A stretch of DNA of 63,196 nucleotides, filler included, from Octopus bimaculoides (taxonomy: Eukaryota): the NCBI RefSeq assembly GCF_001194135.2. It is 9 parts of 9 records of this genome, joined end to end, with 100 filler letters (N's around TTAATTAATTAA, not from the genome) between each part and the next. Parts side by side here need not be neighbours in the genome. Positions count along the whole stretch, not along the records: positions 1 to 1,827 come from NW_026439094.1; positions 1,928 to 3,660 come from NW_026438867.1; positions 3,761 to 24,620 come from NC_068981.1; 6 more parts are not named here. One strand, given 5' to 3'. Position numbers and translations under genes: made by a program. Of this stretch, positions 1-12,149 are shown piece after piece. Positions within the stretch are counted from its first letter, which is position 1; every line of letters begins with the position of its first letter. Under the pieces are notes generated by a model. The model was given only the letters and a program-made list of their open reading frames with translations. It did not search any database and was not told the DNA's origin.

Positions 1-1290
1 TATATACACACACACACATATATACACACACACACACACATATATATACATATTTGGAGGAAAATTTGTGAATTTGTTCGGAATCACAAACAGATAGCTG
101 TTACGTAGTAGCAGCGCATGCTAGAAATAGCAGCCAAATCTTTCATTTTCTGTAAAAAGGAGTCGTATGTGGTTGGGTACCTCAGACTTAAGGAGAAAAT
201 CTAAGGCCCCCGCCACCACCACCACAACCCTCCCTTTGTTTCTGAATAAAAATAGGTTTGTGGCATATTAGGAGTTGAGGGTACTTAATTCCATGCAAAA
301 AATCCCCCTTTTTTTTCCTTAGTGAAACGGATGCAGTTGCATTTGTCAAAATTTATTCAGTTTACAAATGATAAAGGTTACATACCAAATTCAGCAGAAT
401 GAATGGGCTTTACTTGATCAGTATTGCCTTGATAGAGTAATGTTGTGAAAGGCAAGGTGATCTGTGTTATTCTAAATGTTATTACTACTGTTATACATCA
501 CCATTACAATTTTTAAAAAATTAGTGAAAGATTAAGGTTACTCTTGAGTGCAACCATAATTTGATGTTTACATTTTCTCAGCTGAGCTCGCATAGATAAA
601 AGTTGATTTCAATGAATAGGCTATTTATTATGAAGATATATAAAGTAAAAATGTTTTTATTACCTATATTATAATTTTTTTTTTTTTGTTAATCTGTTCG
701 TGTATGTCTGTGATTATCGCACTGAAGTCAAGGTTAGCTTACTTATAAAATCATTTAAAATTCAAAGTTTGATTTTTAGAATGGTGGTATAAGACAACCC
801 CAAATTTTTAGAGTAAATTTTAGGATTTGAAGGTTGTCTTATACGTGGGAATATATGGTATATATTATATATATGTATATGTGTATATATATATATATAT
901 GTATATATATATNNNNNNNNNNNNNNNNNNNNNNNNNNNNNNNNNNNNNNNNNNNNNNNNNNNNNNNNNNNNNNNNNNNNNNNNNNNNNNNNNNNNNNNN
1001 NNNNNNNNNNNNNNNNNNNNNNNNNNNNNNNNNNNNNNNNNNNNNNNNNNNNNNNNNNNNNNNNNNNNNNNNNNNNNNNNNNNNNNNNNNNNNNNNNNNN
1101 NNNNNNNNNNNNNNNNNNNNNNNNNNNNNNNNNNNNNNNNNNNNNNNNNNNNNNNNNNNNNNNNNNNNNNNNNNNNNNNNNNNNNNNNNNNNNNNNNNNN
1201 NNNNNNNNNNNNNNNNNNNNNNNNNNNNNNNNNNNNNNNNNNNNNNNNNNNNNNNNNNNNNNNNNNNNNNNNTATATATATATATATATT

Positions 1291-1696
1291 TTTTATTCTT
1301 TTACTTGTTTTAGTCATTTGACAGTGGCCATGTTGGAACACTGCCTTTAGTCAAACAAATCAACCACAGGACTTGCTCTTTGTAAACCTAGTACTTATTC
1401 TATCAGTCTGTTTTGCTGAACCGCTAAGTTATGGGAGCATAAACAAATCAACATTGGATGTCAAGTGATGGTGGTGGGAACAAACACACACACACACACA
1501 TATATATACATACATATATATATATATATACATACATACAACAGGCTTCTTTCAGTTTCTGTCTACCAAATTCATTCACAAAGCTTTGGTCGGCCTGAAG
1601 CTATAGTAGAAGACACTTGCCAAGGTACCACACAGTGGAACTGAACTTGGAACCATGTGGTTGGTAAGTAAGCTTCTTACCTCACAGCCACACCTG
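1291..1696 (-). mobile_element. SINE family A copy (approx.)
   Basis: Colinear with 32911-33308. Confidence 0.8.
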
Positions 1697-2121
1697 TATA
1701 TATTATATATTCATAATCTTTTATTCTTTTACTTGTTTCAGCCATTTGACTGTGGCCATACTGGAACACCACCTTTAGTAGAACAATTTGACCCCAGGAC
1801 TTATAAGTCTAGTACTTATTCTATCGGNNNNNNNNNNNNNNNNNNNNNNNNNNNNNNNNNNNNNNNNNNNNTTAATTAATTAANNNNNNNNNNNNNNNNN
1901 NNNNNNNNNNNNNNNNNNNNNNNNNNNAGAACCATTTTAACAATGCGTACTGCCTTAATTCTTCGAAACGCCGGAGTACTTATTCTATCGCTGAGTTACC
2001 GGGACCTAAACACACCAGCCCCAAGTGCCACGCAGTGGGACTGAACCCGGAACCATGTGGTTTGTAAGCAAGCTACTTACCACACAGCCACTCACACACA
2101 CTCACATATATATATATAATT

Positions 2122-2558
2122 TGACAGGAAGGACAGCAAAAGAAAGAAAGAGACCTCGATATTATGCAAATAGAGGAATTTATCTGTAAAAATATGTGAC
2201 ACTTATTCACTAGCCATGATAAAACTCCAAGTTTTTCACAAGAATTTCCTATGGCCAGATAACTGAAGAGATGTTGACGTGGGCTCCCACCCTGGCATCC
2301 GAAACTCAGAGTTTTATCATGGTTACTGAATAAGTGTCACATATTTTTACAGATATAAAGTTTAGAATGGTATAACAATGCACTATAGAACAAAAAATGG
2401 ACTATATATCTGTTGTAATTTGGTTATCTATAGTCCGATGAAGATCTGAAGTAGGAATTGTAATTCCGTAATATCATCGGACTATAGATAACCAAATTAC
2501 AACAGGTATATAGTCCATTTTTTGTTCTATAGTGCATTGCTATACCATTCTAAACTTT
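2122..2558. mobile_element. Non-coding double-hairpin, hammerhead-bearing element (probable Penelope-like pLTR derivative)
   Basis: Inverted arms approx. 2181-2227/2309-2355 (2 mismatches) and 2357-2441/2474-2558 (85 bp, near perfect). The left end is the reverse complement of the motif TAATATCGAGG..TCTTTTGCTG that follows the hammerhead homolog at about 18.0-18.1 kb. Confidence 0.6.
2258..2318 (+). ncRNA. Type I hammerhead ribozyme motif (PLE/retrozyme-type, short palindromic stem III)
   Basis: Stem I GATAA(2258-62)/TTATC(2314-18); core CTGAAGA(2263-69); stem II GATG/CATC(C) with one bulged C; GAAA(2301-04); stem III A-CTC-a-GAG-T; cleavage triplet GUU (2311-13). Confidence 0.75.
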
Positions 2559-2614
2559 TTATTCTTTACAAACAATACACAATGCTTCAAGCGAACTACA
2601 ATACTCTCCTATAT

Positions 2615-2645
<31 letters not shown>

Positions 2646-3133
2646 CATATATATCTATATATATAAATATATATATATCTCTATATATATCTCTATATAT
2701 ATCTCTATATATATAAATATATATGCATATATATAAATATAGATGTATATATATATATAAATATATGNNNNNNNNNNNNNNNNNNNNNNNNNNNNNNNNN
2801 NNNNNNNNNNNNNNNNNNNNNNNNNNNNNNNNNNNNNNNNNNNNNNNNNNNNNNNNNNNNNNNNNNNNNNNNNNNNNNNNNNNNNNNNNNNNNNNNNNNN
2901 NNNNNNNNNNNNNNNNNNNNNNNNNNNNNNNNNNNNNNNNNNNNNNNNNNNNNNNNNNNNNNNNNNNNNNNNNNNNNNNNNNNNNNNNNNNNNNNNNNNN
3001 NNNNNNNNNNNNNNNNNNNNNNNNNNNNNNNNNNNNNNNNNNNNNNNNNNNNNNNNNNNNNNNNNNNNNNNNNNNNNNNNNNNNNNNNNNNNNNNNNNNN
3101 NNNNNNNNNNNNNNNNNNNNNNNNNNNNNNNNN

Positions 3134-3470
3134 TATACATGTATGGTGCCAAAGGTACCGTCCACTGCATCTCACATAAGAACGAGATACTGCAGCAGCC
3201 TCGGTTTCAGAGGACCTCAGCTCTTCAATGCCCTGCCAAAACATTTGAGAGACCTGCAAGACATGGATATAGAGGTCTTCAAGACAAAACTTGACGCTTT
3301 CCTCTCCACAATACCAGACGAACCAATGGCTCGTAATGAGACGCAGTTTAGGGCAGCTATGTCAAATTCTCTTATACACCAGATGTGCCATCAAAACTCT
3401 TGATTGGACCATGTCAGGTGGGGGAGAAGAGCCATGCAAGGAACGTGAAAATCACGGTGGTGCACCAGCA
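3134..3470 (+). mobile_element. CR1-group LINE 3' end (approx.)
   Basis: HIRTRYCSSLGFRGPQLFNALPKHLRD...VFKTKLDAFLSTIPDEP...RAAMSNSL is a typical CR1/L2-group ORF2 C-terminus. Confidence 0.7.
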
Positions 3471-4744
3471 TGACCGCAGCCACTTGGCTGAAACACATAA
3501 ATAAATATATACACACACGTACGTATATATCCATACACATATATTTAGATATATATACATACACGCACATATATATACGTACACACATATATATATACAC
3601 ATACATATATATACACGTATATACATCTATATATACACAGATATATATATATATATATATNNNNNNNNNNNNNNNNNNNNNNNNNNNNNNNNNNNNNNNN
3701 NNNNTTAATTAATTAANNNNNNNNNNNNNNNNNNNNNNNNNNNNNNNNNNNNNNNNNNNNATATATATATATATATATACATATAATGGCCCCTATGCTG
3801 AAAATTTTACAGGGGCATTTTCAGCAAGACCTTTATTTTTAATGCTTTTTGTGATGTTTCCTCGTTTTTCATCCTCTGTTTCTACTCGAAAACTAATCTG
3901 GAAGCAAGACAATGTCCGAAATGTCATTTTACTTAACTACCTTCTTTTCCCTGAAGATGAAATTAATAATTATAATTGTGAACTTACCCTTCATTGAGGA
4001 TTCTTTTATTCTTTCGTTATCTATATGTACATTACATTTTCACACATCAACCTTATAATTTCTATCGTGTAGTTAATACCATCTCGACAAATTTTAATAA
4101 CGCGTAAACATAGAAATTACGAAAATTTAGTGAATAGATACGTACCGTGTAATATTCTTTTTATAAATAAATCTTCGTGTTAAGTTATTCAATATGGTAT
4201 ATGACTCGCAACATCAAATGCTATTTTGATAACACAAAGAAACGAATTTCAGTTTTAACCTATGAGAATTTCCGGGCGTGATATATTTTACGTGAATTGC
4301 CTATCACTAACCACATTTGATGGATTACTTTTTAATGGCTTATCTTAATGGGTTACGATTTATGGATTACCTGTTTACAGATTACAATTTTATGAACCAC
4401 TTTTATGCTTTGCCCCTTACCTCATTATATTTGGTGGATACTTTTTATGGATTAGTTTAATGATCTACTTTCAATAAGTCACCCTTTGTGGTTCAACATA
4501 TGTGGATCACTTTTTGTGAATCATTTTTCATAGGTCGCCTATGTGAGTACTTTGTTGTGGCTATCCTTTGCAACATTACCTATTTAGAAGGGTGTCTCCC
4601 ACCCCCAACAGATAAAAGTCTTCTGTAATGGATTACTCATGTTATTGAATCGGTTCAGGACCCAGGCTGCCCATGTATTTGATACCCTCTATTGGGTGGT
4701 TCTGTCCCAAAAAGATTACTTGGATGAACCAATTTCATTATTAA

Positions 4745-4980
4745 CCCAGTAGGAATCATCGTGAAGCAAGATTGATTTTCTAGTGTTCATGATGATTCTG
4801 ATAGCAAAGTTGCTGATCATGGTGAATTGCCTACAAGAACCCAGAGCCTTTAGGAGGGGAGATTTTGATATTGAAGTGTAGAAATCCATGATATAGAACT
4901 GGATAAGCCTGCAGACTGCTTTATTCTTGATGCAGCGGAACCAGTCAATTACTGGATCAAACCCTAAATGCGCAGTTCTC
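4745..4980 (-). mobile_element. Naiad-type PLE RT fragment (approx.)
   Basis: VIDWFRCIKNK...IMDFYTSISKSPLLKAL...IIMNTRKSILL..DSYWV is homologous to the RT segments at 15.6 kb and 19.5 kb. Confidence 0.7.
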
Positions 4981-5039
4981 CATCCAGCAGATGTTGACAG
5001 CAAATGCAGTGCCTCTACAGAAAGTAGAAAAGTATACAT

Positions 5040-5590
5040 CCCAGTTTGGTCAGCCTACACTGGTGTAAGGCACGTCGGTCAGGCGGTAATATAAAACGGA
5101 TGCGATGTGTGTATTCTTTACCTCTGCTCAACCTTTCAGAGATAACTTTCTTTCGGCCCATTTCTGGATGAGAGTGGTTACCTGGCTCAGCACCTTGTCC
5201 CAGTTCTTCTCTGTCTGGAGATCCGTACCAAACCAGACCCCAAGTAATTTAACAGTCCAGTATCCCACGACATTATTAGACGGGGAGGACCTGCCTCTCT
5301 TGGTGTCGAGCTGTAGGCCCTCTGACTTTTCTTGGTTAATTTTTACTCCTGTCATTGCCACGTATTCTTTTGGAGCAGTGTCGATCAGGACTATGCGCCT
5401 GGTGTTCGACAGTATGACAGTGGAGATCCAAGGCTGATCTCGCACGTCCGCTGCGATGCCTTTCTCAAGTGCCTCAGTCGGAGTGTGGTTAAAATATAGG
5501 AACGAGGAATACCACCAGAAGTAGACATCTCTTTGGTAGCGGCAGCCGTAATGCACAGCTTAGAGTACAAAGCAGTAACTCTCCAAGTGC
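5040..5590 (-). mobile_element. L1/Tx1-clade RT C-terminal fragment (approx.)
   Basis: TGVKINQEKSEGLQL...LLGVWFG...KNWDKV...W..RKLSLKG*AEV..HIASVLYYRL. Confidence 0.7.
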
Positions 5591-5596
5591 ACAAAA

Positions 5597-5671
5597 TGGA
5601 AAATTGGTCAAGTAAAAATTGGTCATGGAAAATCGGTCAAGCAAAAATTGGTCATGGAAAATTGGTCAAGC
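5597..5671. repeat. 29-bp (two x about 14-bp) tandem repeat
   Basis: TGGAAAATTGGTCAAGYAAAAATTGGTCA x about 2.6. Confidence 0.75.
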
Positions 5672-6102
5672 ACGGGAATGAAATTATTGATACACTTCGA
5701 TAAGGTCCCAAAGTCATCCCTGGTCTGGTGCTTGTGTCATTTTAAATTTTATCCTGCTCGTCACTGCTGTTGTTGCTGTTGTTGTCTGTGATTTGTCTCT
5801 CGACTATATCAACTAGTGGTAGGAAAATTATGACATCATGGCTGTTCCAACAGACATCACTTCCTTCGATTTGGAAAGCCATATTGTTATTTTTGCTTTG
5901 TATTGAAATATTAAATTATAAATTTTACATCTCAAATTCGTCCTTAAAGGGCGAATTGTTTGTTAGACCAGCTCGCTTTAAGCAAAGCGAGCTGATTTAT
6001 TTTGTAAACACTACAACAAAAATTCGAATATCAAATAATTAAACTACAGGTTTTAAAGAAAACTTACAAGCCATGAACAAACGTTCTCTCTTTCTAAACA
6101 CA

Positions 6103-6160
<58 letters not shown>

Positions 6161-6180
6161 GACTGCTGAAAACTACTCAC

Positions 6181-6963
6181 TTTTCGTTTATTCCTTGAGC
6201 GTATATCATTCTGGTTGTTAACGGCAATGCCAGGATTTTCTAACATCCAAATATGGCAACCAATACGTAGATATGCAAAACTGATGATTACCAACGGAAG
6301 CAAATACTGTGCAAATAAGAGATATAAGTGATAAGCTTTAGCAAAGTTTGGTGGATGAGTTGGCCAGTCAGTGGTACAGAAAACAAGGGGTTCGGGGTAC
6401 ATGGGAATTACTTTACGAAACAATGCTTCAGGCAAACTAGAAGTTGAACATATTATCCATATAGCGGTGACCAAAATAACGGCAGTGCGTTTTGTAAATC
6501 GCTGCTTGAGCGGATGAAGTACAGCAAAATACCGATCAACTGCAATGACTGTTAGAGTTAAGACTGAAACGGACACTGACATTGTTAGAACAAAAGGAGC
6601 AAGTGAACAAAGGAAATGGGCAAAAATCCATCGTTGTAATAATGCTGCCTGGAACTGGAAGGGTATTGCAAACATGCCAGTTATTACATCAGCAACAGCC
6701 AAGTTTGATATGAAAAGATTAGTAACTGTCTGCATTCTTTTATTCTTGACGATTACTAAAATTACCAGTCCGTTCCCAAGTACCGCGAGAATGGAAATCG
6801 CGCCATAGAGCATGGCCAAAATTACAACGAGTCCAGTTGGTACTTCATACAGAATACCATTATCATAAGTAGTATTGAATGTACCATTAACATCTGTTTG
6901 CAAGGTCAGCAGATATTCCTGGTCGGTCTTTGGTAGTTTCGTTGATAGTTCAGTGGCAGCCAT
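6181..6963 (-). CDS. Lkr: Leucokinin/lymnokinin receptor-like class A neuropeptide GPCR, coding exon for N-terminus through TM5/ICL3 (261 codons; partial gene)
   Basis: Translation MAATELS...YEVPTGLVVILAMLYGAISILAVLGNGLVILVIVKNKRMQTVTNLFISNLAVADV...IPFQFQAALLQRW...FLC...AVDRY...VFC...QYLLPLVIISFAY...RNKRK. It has the GN (TM1), LAxAD (TM2) and DRY motifs, the TM3/ECL2 cysteines and N-terminal NGT/NTT sequons. IPFQFQAALLQxW and RNKRK(V) match what I recall of Lymnaea lymnokinin and insect leucokinin receptors. A polypyrimidine tract plus ctgcag acceptor (exon starts 6974) lies 11 nt before the ATG at 6963, and a phase-0 donor AAA|GTGAGT lies at 6181/6180. The ORF track's extensions (7083-6964 and the poly-Ile tail) are intronic. 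Confidence 0.9.
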
Positions 6964-9900
6964 AATTTCGATAACTGCAGAAAAGAAAGATAAAAGTAAA
7001 AATATTTTAGAGTCCGTCCAAATATAATAAATTGCGAAAAATTTATTTACTCTATTCAAGTGATTTAAAAATATGTACATCATTGTTTTATGCTATATAT
7101 ATCCAAATATTTCATGTGGTCGGTGAATGTTGGAGTGTGTACAGATAATGACCAGAAGAAGAACTCAGCAAGTCAGTGAGTGTTCGTCCTCCTTTCCAAG
7201 GTACAAAATGGATAAAGTGAAAAGTCTAAAACAGAAAATTGTCCGTTATGCTTTAATTAGATGAGCTATTCAAGATAAATCTCGTATCACTTACTCCAAT
7301 TTATCAATGCCACGCTGTTTGCTTCTCGGTGAATGACATATCATCCATTAAAGTATTAAATCAATTTTTCTCTAAGAATGTTATGCCTAAGGTTAGAGAT
7401 GTTGTACCCAACCGCTTCGCCTTCTGCCACCTTTACAGTGCCACAGCTGTCAGATTGTTACGCTAAGAACTTTTTTAGTTTAGTTTAAATCCAAATTTGT
7501 GAACAATACTTATATTAGTTCATTGCATTTTTGGTGGTAAGAGAGATGAGAGTGGAGCCATTTTTCGGTTTCTTGCCAATTATTCTTCGCCATTATATAC
7601 AAGCGAAAATGCATGCATATACAGACATATACATTCCTACATGTATACACACAATTACATACATTTAGAGGCAATTAGTGCTATAAATATTAAAATTCAC
7701 AGCATCCGAACATCGGCAGCAAACGTCACCCTAAACTGTGATAATGATAGATACTATCTCAGAAGAAAGATGAAAGGAGTGCATTGAGATCAATACAGAG
7801 AAGCTTCTACAGCCATATAATATTACTCAGACAGCACATACCAAACAATGGCAACAAATATAAATACATAAATATGTCCTGAAAAATAAAATCAATAGCA
7901 TCTTGAAGAAACATTCATTCAAGGCTTGGAAGACTTGGAAAAGAAACGATGAAAATATCAGAAAAGGTCAAGTATATGTATTTGTCCCGTGATCTTGACA
8001 AGAATGATAATTATATTTGTTCGAAGTGTTGCCCCACATGAATTCATCACTGATACATCACGTCACAGATCTAAAGTTACGCTTTTGTTGTTTAAGAGTA
8101 ATACTTACGAAATATCTAATGAACGAACGGGGCAGCGAAACCATAAAAGCCCCAAAGTACAACTGCTTCTCACGATTATGTGATACTTCTGTGGAGGACG
8201 TAAGCAGAAGTTGCCCAAAAAACGCCATCAAGTGAATACCTCCTCGTGCGGCATGATGTTGTTGCTAAGACACTATATATAGTGCCGTGGTGGTGAGCTG
8301 GCAGAAACGTTAGCACGCCGGCCGAAATGCTTAACGGTATTTCCTCTGTCTTTACGTTCTGAGTTCAAATTCCACCGAGGTCGACTTTGTCTTTCATCCT
8401 TTCGGGGTCGATAAATTAAGTATCAGTTGCATACTGAGATTGATCTAATCGACTGGCCCCCTCCCCCAAAATTTCGGGCCTTGTGCCAAGAGTAGAAAAG
8501 AATATATATATATAGTTCCATCTGCGGAAAATACTGCTCTTGGATACATACAAAAATGTCTGCTACTGAAAATATACATATTAACACAAGGAGTATTGTT
8601 GGAGTACTCCCATCAAGACTTCTACTAAGTAGAAACACTTGCTTGATATATTTATTTTGGATAGAAAATAAATGTCACTTACAGTCACATGGGTTAGCTA
8701 CCCTGCAGATGTGGACATTTCTTCCAAAATCAGCGAGGAAAGAATATTTATTGAAAATTGCTTCGAAACCTGCAGTTCTTTTCCTCTGATTACAAATTCA
8801 TATTTTTTTTACCAGATATCATTGTTGATCTTGTTTATGCTAGTAAATGTGTAAACGTCTTTCTTCTTAAGAACTTGGATTTTGAGGCAAAGAAAGGGAC
8901 AAACTGACACAAATTTTACAAATATAATCTGCATGACGAACAGGAAAAATATGCAGAATTTCTCTAAAATGAAATGTGCAACAATTACAAATTCCAGGGT
9001 TGGAGATTTTGTTTTACTGCTAGAAAACAGCTCCCTCATTGTAGGAAGAATTCTAATAAATAAGAGGACACAAATAGATATGCGTGCACACCCACATACA
9101 CGTGCACACACACACGCACAGACGCACACATAGACATACATACACATATATGAGGCTTCGACACAAAACTGCATAGCAAATTTCAATCACAAAATATTGA
9201 TCATCTTGAAACAAATGGAGATAATACATGCTGGAATTCCTGTTCAGTGGAATTGAATTCAGAAACACTCAGTTCTCAAGCGAACTTCTAAGATCTTCAG
9301 CCCAAATTCTAAAATATTCAACATTCTTTTCTCTCAAGAAGTTCAACCGTCAGGAACATCTTTCTCGGTCATATTTTCATCAGAGATACAAGCAAGTATA
9401 TAATGAACATCAATCACCAAACTAGGAATGCCTGAAAAGTTCATAAGGGTTGTTCCACTTTCTCTTATGAAAAACTTAGGATTTAAAACAGCAAAAAAAA
9501 CACAATCAGTAGAACACCAGAAATCGCTTGGCAATATGCCTTCTGAGTTATAATTCCATCGAGGTCAACATTTTCTATCATTCACCAAAGGAAAATAACT
9601 ACTAGCCCACAATTGGCTTGGATTGATTAGATTGGCTATATCCCTTCTTTGTGCTTCAAATGAAGGGAGAAGGAAAATAATAGATACACTTTAAATCTAT
9701 TAATATTGAATTCGCATTTGAACTTCTTAGAAGCAATAACAAAGTACAATCCACTATGTTCTTGCCTAAAATTTGTGACTTTGTACCATATAAGTATATG
9801 TTAGACATCAAGATCGATAAATCGGCTTTTCATCTCTGTTAATGTTTGCAGTTTTGCCATTTTTATTAACATTATATTTTATTTGCATGTAATTGTTTTA

Positions 9901-10724
9901 CAAACATTTTTATCAATATTACAAGAATCGTTAGAGTATTGTAAAAAATGTCTTTACATTCCAAATTTAAAAGCCTCTGAGGTAAACTTTATCTTTCAAT
10001 CTTTTGGTATCGATAAGATATTTTAAATCCGAGTAACCGAATTTTAGAGTTGTCTTTTAGAGTTGTGGCTGCAAAAATTGGAAGATGCTTTTACATCTTG
10101 CGAAACAAATATTAAATTCATATCGAAGAAATCAACTAGAGCCCTCTTAGAAATGTGAGAAATCATTACTATTTATGTTATTCTTCTCTTCTCCTAGTTT
10201 TCCACATTTTCATAAATATCAATGTCAACGAATATGCTTCCAATTTGTTTACTAGCCTCTGTTGTGCAACATAGTGCACTAATATCAGTGCACTGTGCTT
10301 AATTGCAGTAAGATGTCCTTAGGTGAAATGCATTTTCCTTCTTCCTGATCGGCGTGTCTACCTCACAGAATATAGACATTAAGCACATTCATATATTCCG
10401 TCAGTGGTTCACGATAAGATTTACTAAAAACATTGAGTCAAAACAAATATCAATAAATAATAGAATAATAAATAAAAAAAGTAAAATTAATTATAATAAT
10501 ACTAACAAAAAATATTAAAGATTTTTAAACGATATAGTAAAACTTGAAACAAAATCGCAGAAATCAACGAAATAACCAAGAAACTAATCTCATGTATTTC
10601 AGCTTTAAAAAGCAATAGTCAACTTTGATATTAGCAGTTAAAACACATTCTATTTGGAATAAAAATATGATATAATATAATATAATATAATATAATATAA
10701 TATAATATAATATAATATAATATA

Positions 10725-10805
<81 letters not shown>

Positions 10806-11174
10806 GTATGGCGGTGGATCTAGTATATTAGTAATGAAACCTAAGCTTCGAGGCCTCTAATCCTGTCGGGACCTCAGAAGCAATATATTTTGATAAATGA
10901 ATTTTTCTGCACTCCCAGATTTAGTGGAGATTATGAACATTTTCAAATATGTTGCTTTGAAGTCTTGATTTTACTGGCTATTTTCTCCAGTGAACATCTA
11001 AGAGCGAAAATAAGTGAAAAAAAAAAATACACAGAGCAAAAAAGCTAAATTCCAAATACTAATAAAGATACGCAAATTTCGAAAGTAAGTTACAGAAAAA
11101 ATTGCCAGTATCAAACCACAAAAATAAACCAGAAACAGTGCTTCAAAAATCCCGTAAACAAATTAATATTTTTC

Positions 11175-11248
<74 letters not shown>

Positions 11249-12149
11249 ATCATCTGTCGTACGTACTCCTATCGAGTCCTTAAGGTTTGTTAAATTTCGT
11301 TGAAAATATCTTGTTTACTGTTAACGTTGTTAAAACCTTAAGTAAGGATATCTACTTCTCTAGGTGAAGAAGGAAACTGCCAAGAAAACAATCTTTGTAT
11401 TATTTATTTGTTTTTGTCTGTTTTTCTTTTCTCGTTTGGAATTATGGCGGCGGTAACGCTTACTATCAGATTCAACGACAAAGTAGCAGAATAACTTTCT
11501 CATACCACTACCAACTTCATGAGAGAATATTTGCACTATAACAAAAGCAACAATAACAACAATGATAACGACACTGCATAGACAACGTTTTAAACAAGAC
11601 AAGCGGCATTTTGATAGCAGCAGCAACAACAAAGGTGACAGTAGCTTCATGGACAACAGCAACTACAACTTCAGTAACAGCAGCAGCATGCACTAAATTA
11701 TGAGGGAAGGAACGCCATTAAAAAAATAAAGGAAAGGAATATAAGTTTTGTGTTTCTAAATACCTAGTGATAGTTTCCCCGTTGTAATTGTCTCCGTTTC
11801 AATGCATAGCTTAAATAAACCAAATGACTCACTTAGAAATGCTTTATAAGTCACCAATAAAGAAATAACTTTTTCCTTGTAATAAATTCATATTGTAAAA
11901 CACAACATTTTGTGTATGATACACATGCTAAAAATACGTATGAAGGTCAACAAATTGAACTTGAAGAAAGGAGAGATCTCACTGATCTTTAGATAGAAGT
12001 GAAACAAGATTCTCCCATAAGAGTTAGAAATAGAGTTTGAATATCATGACTCACATATTGTTACATCTCGTGACTAACTTTACTCTATTTTGAATTTACT
12101 TGAAGCTTGTGGATCGTGTTTGTTGATAAATTTCACTGCAGCTTTTAGC

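Noticed and set aside
827-1341. Long ORFs spanning N gaps and (TA)n/(TG)n/(CA)n/(GA)n arrays (also 13.6-15.5, 46.9-49.8, 56.5-58.9 and 61.2-61.8 kb)
   Set aside because: These are artefacts of unknown bases and dipeptide microsatellites, with no protein-like content.
1872-1883. TTAATTAATTAA islands inside N runs (also about 3705, 24665, 31224, 32484, 45634, 50736 and 60662)
   Set aside because: An identical 12-mer is always centred in gaps and gives stops in all six frames, so it is an assembly join marker, not biology or a CRISPR-like repeat.
3980-3990. Minus-strand donor-like AGG|GTAAGT as a downstream GPCR exon
   Set aside because: The adjacent sequence does not translate into TM6/TM7 (no KM..CWLP or NP..Y).
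5107-5122. 16-bp match to the TIR of the 39221 mini-MITE
   Set aside because: It falls within the Tx1 reading frame (AEVKNTH) with no partner TIR, so it is probably coincidental.
6094-6180. Poly-Ile C-terminal extension of the GPCR ORF
   Set aside because: It lies after the GTGAGT donor and is an intronic (ATT)n microsatellite.
6964-7083. 40-residue N-terminal extension of the GPCR ORF
   Set aside because: It overlaps the polypyrimidine tract and AG acceptor, so it is read-through into the intron.
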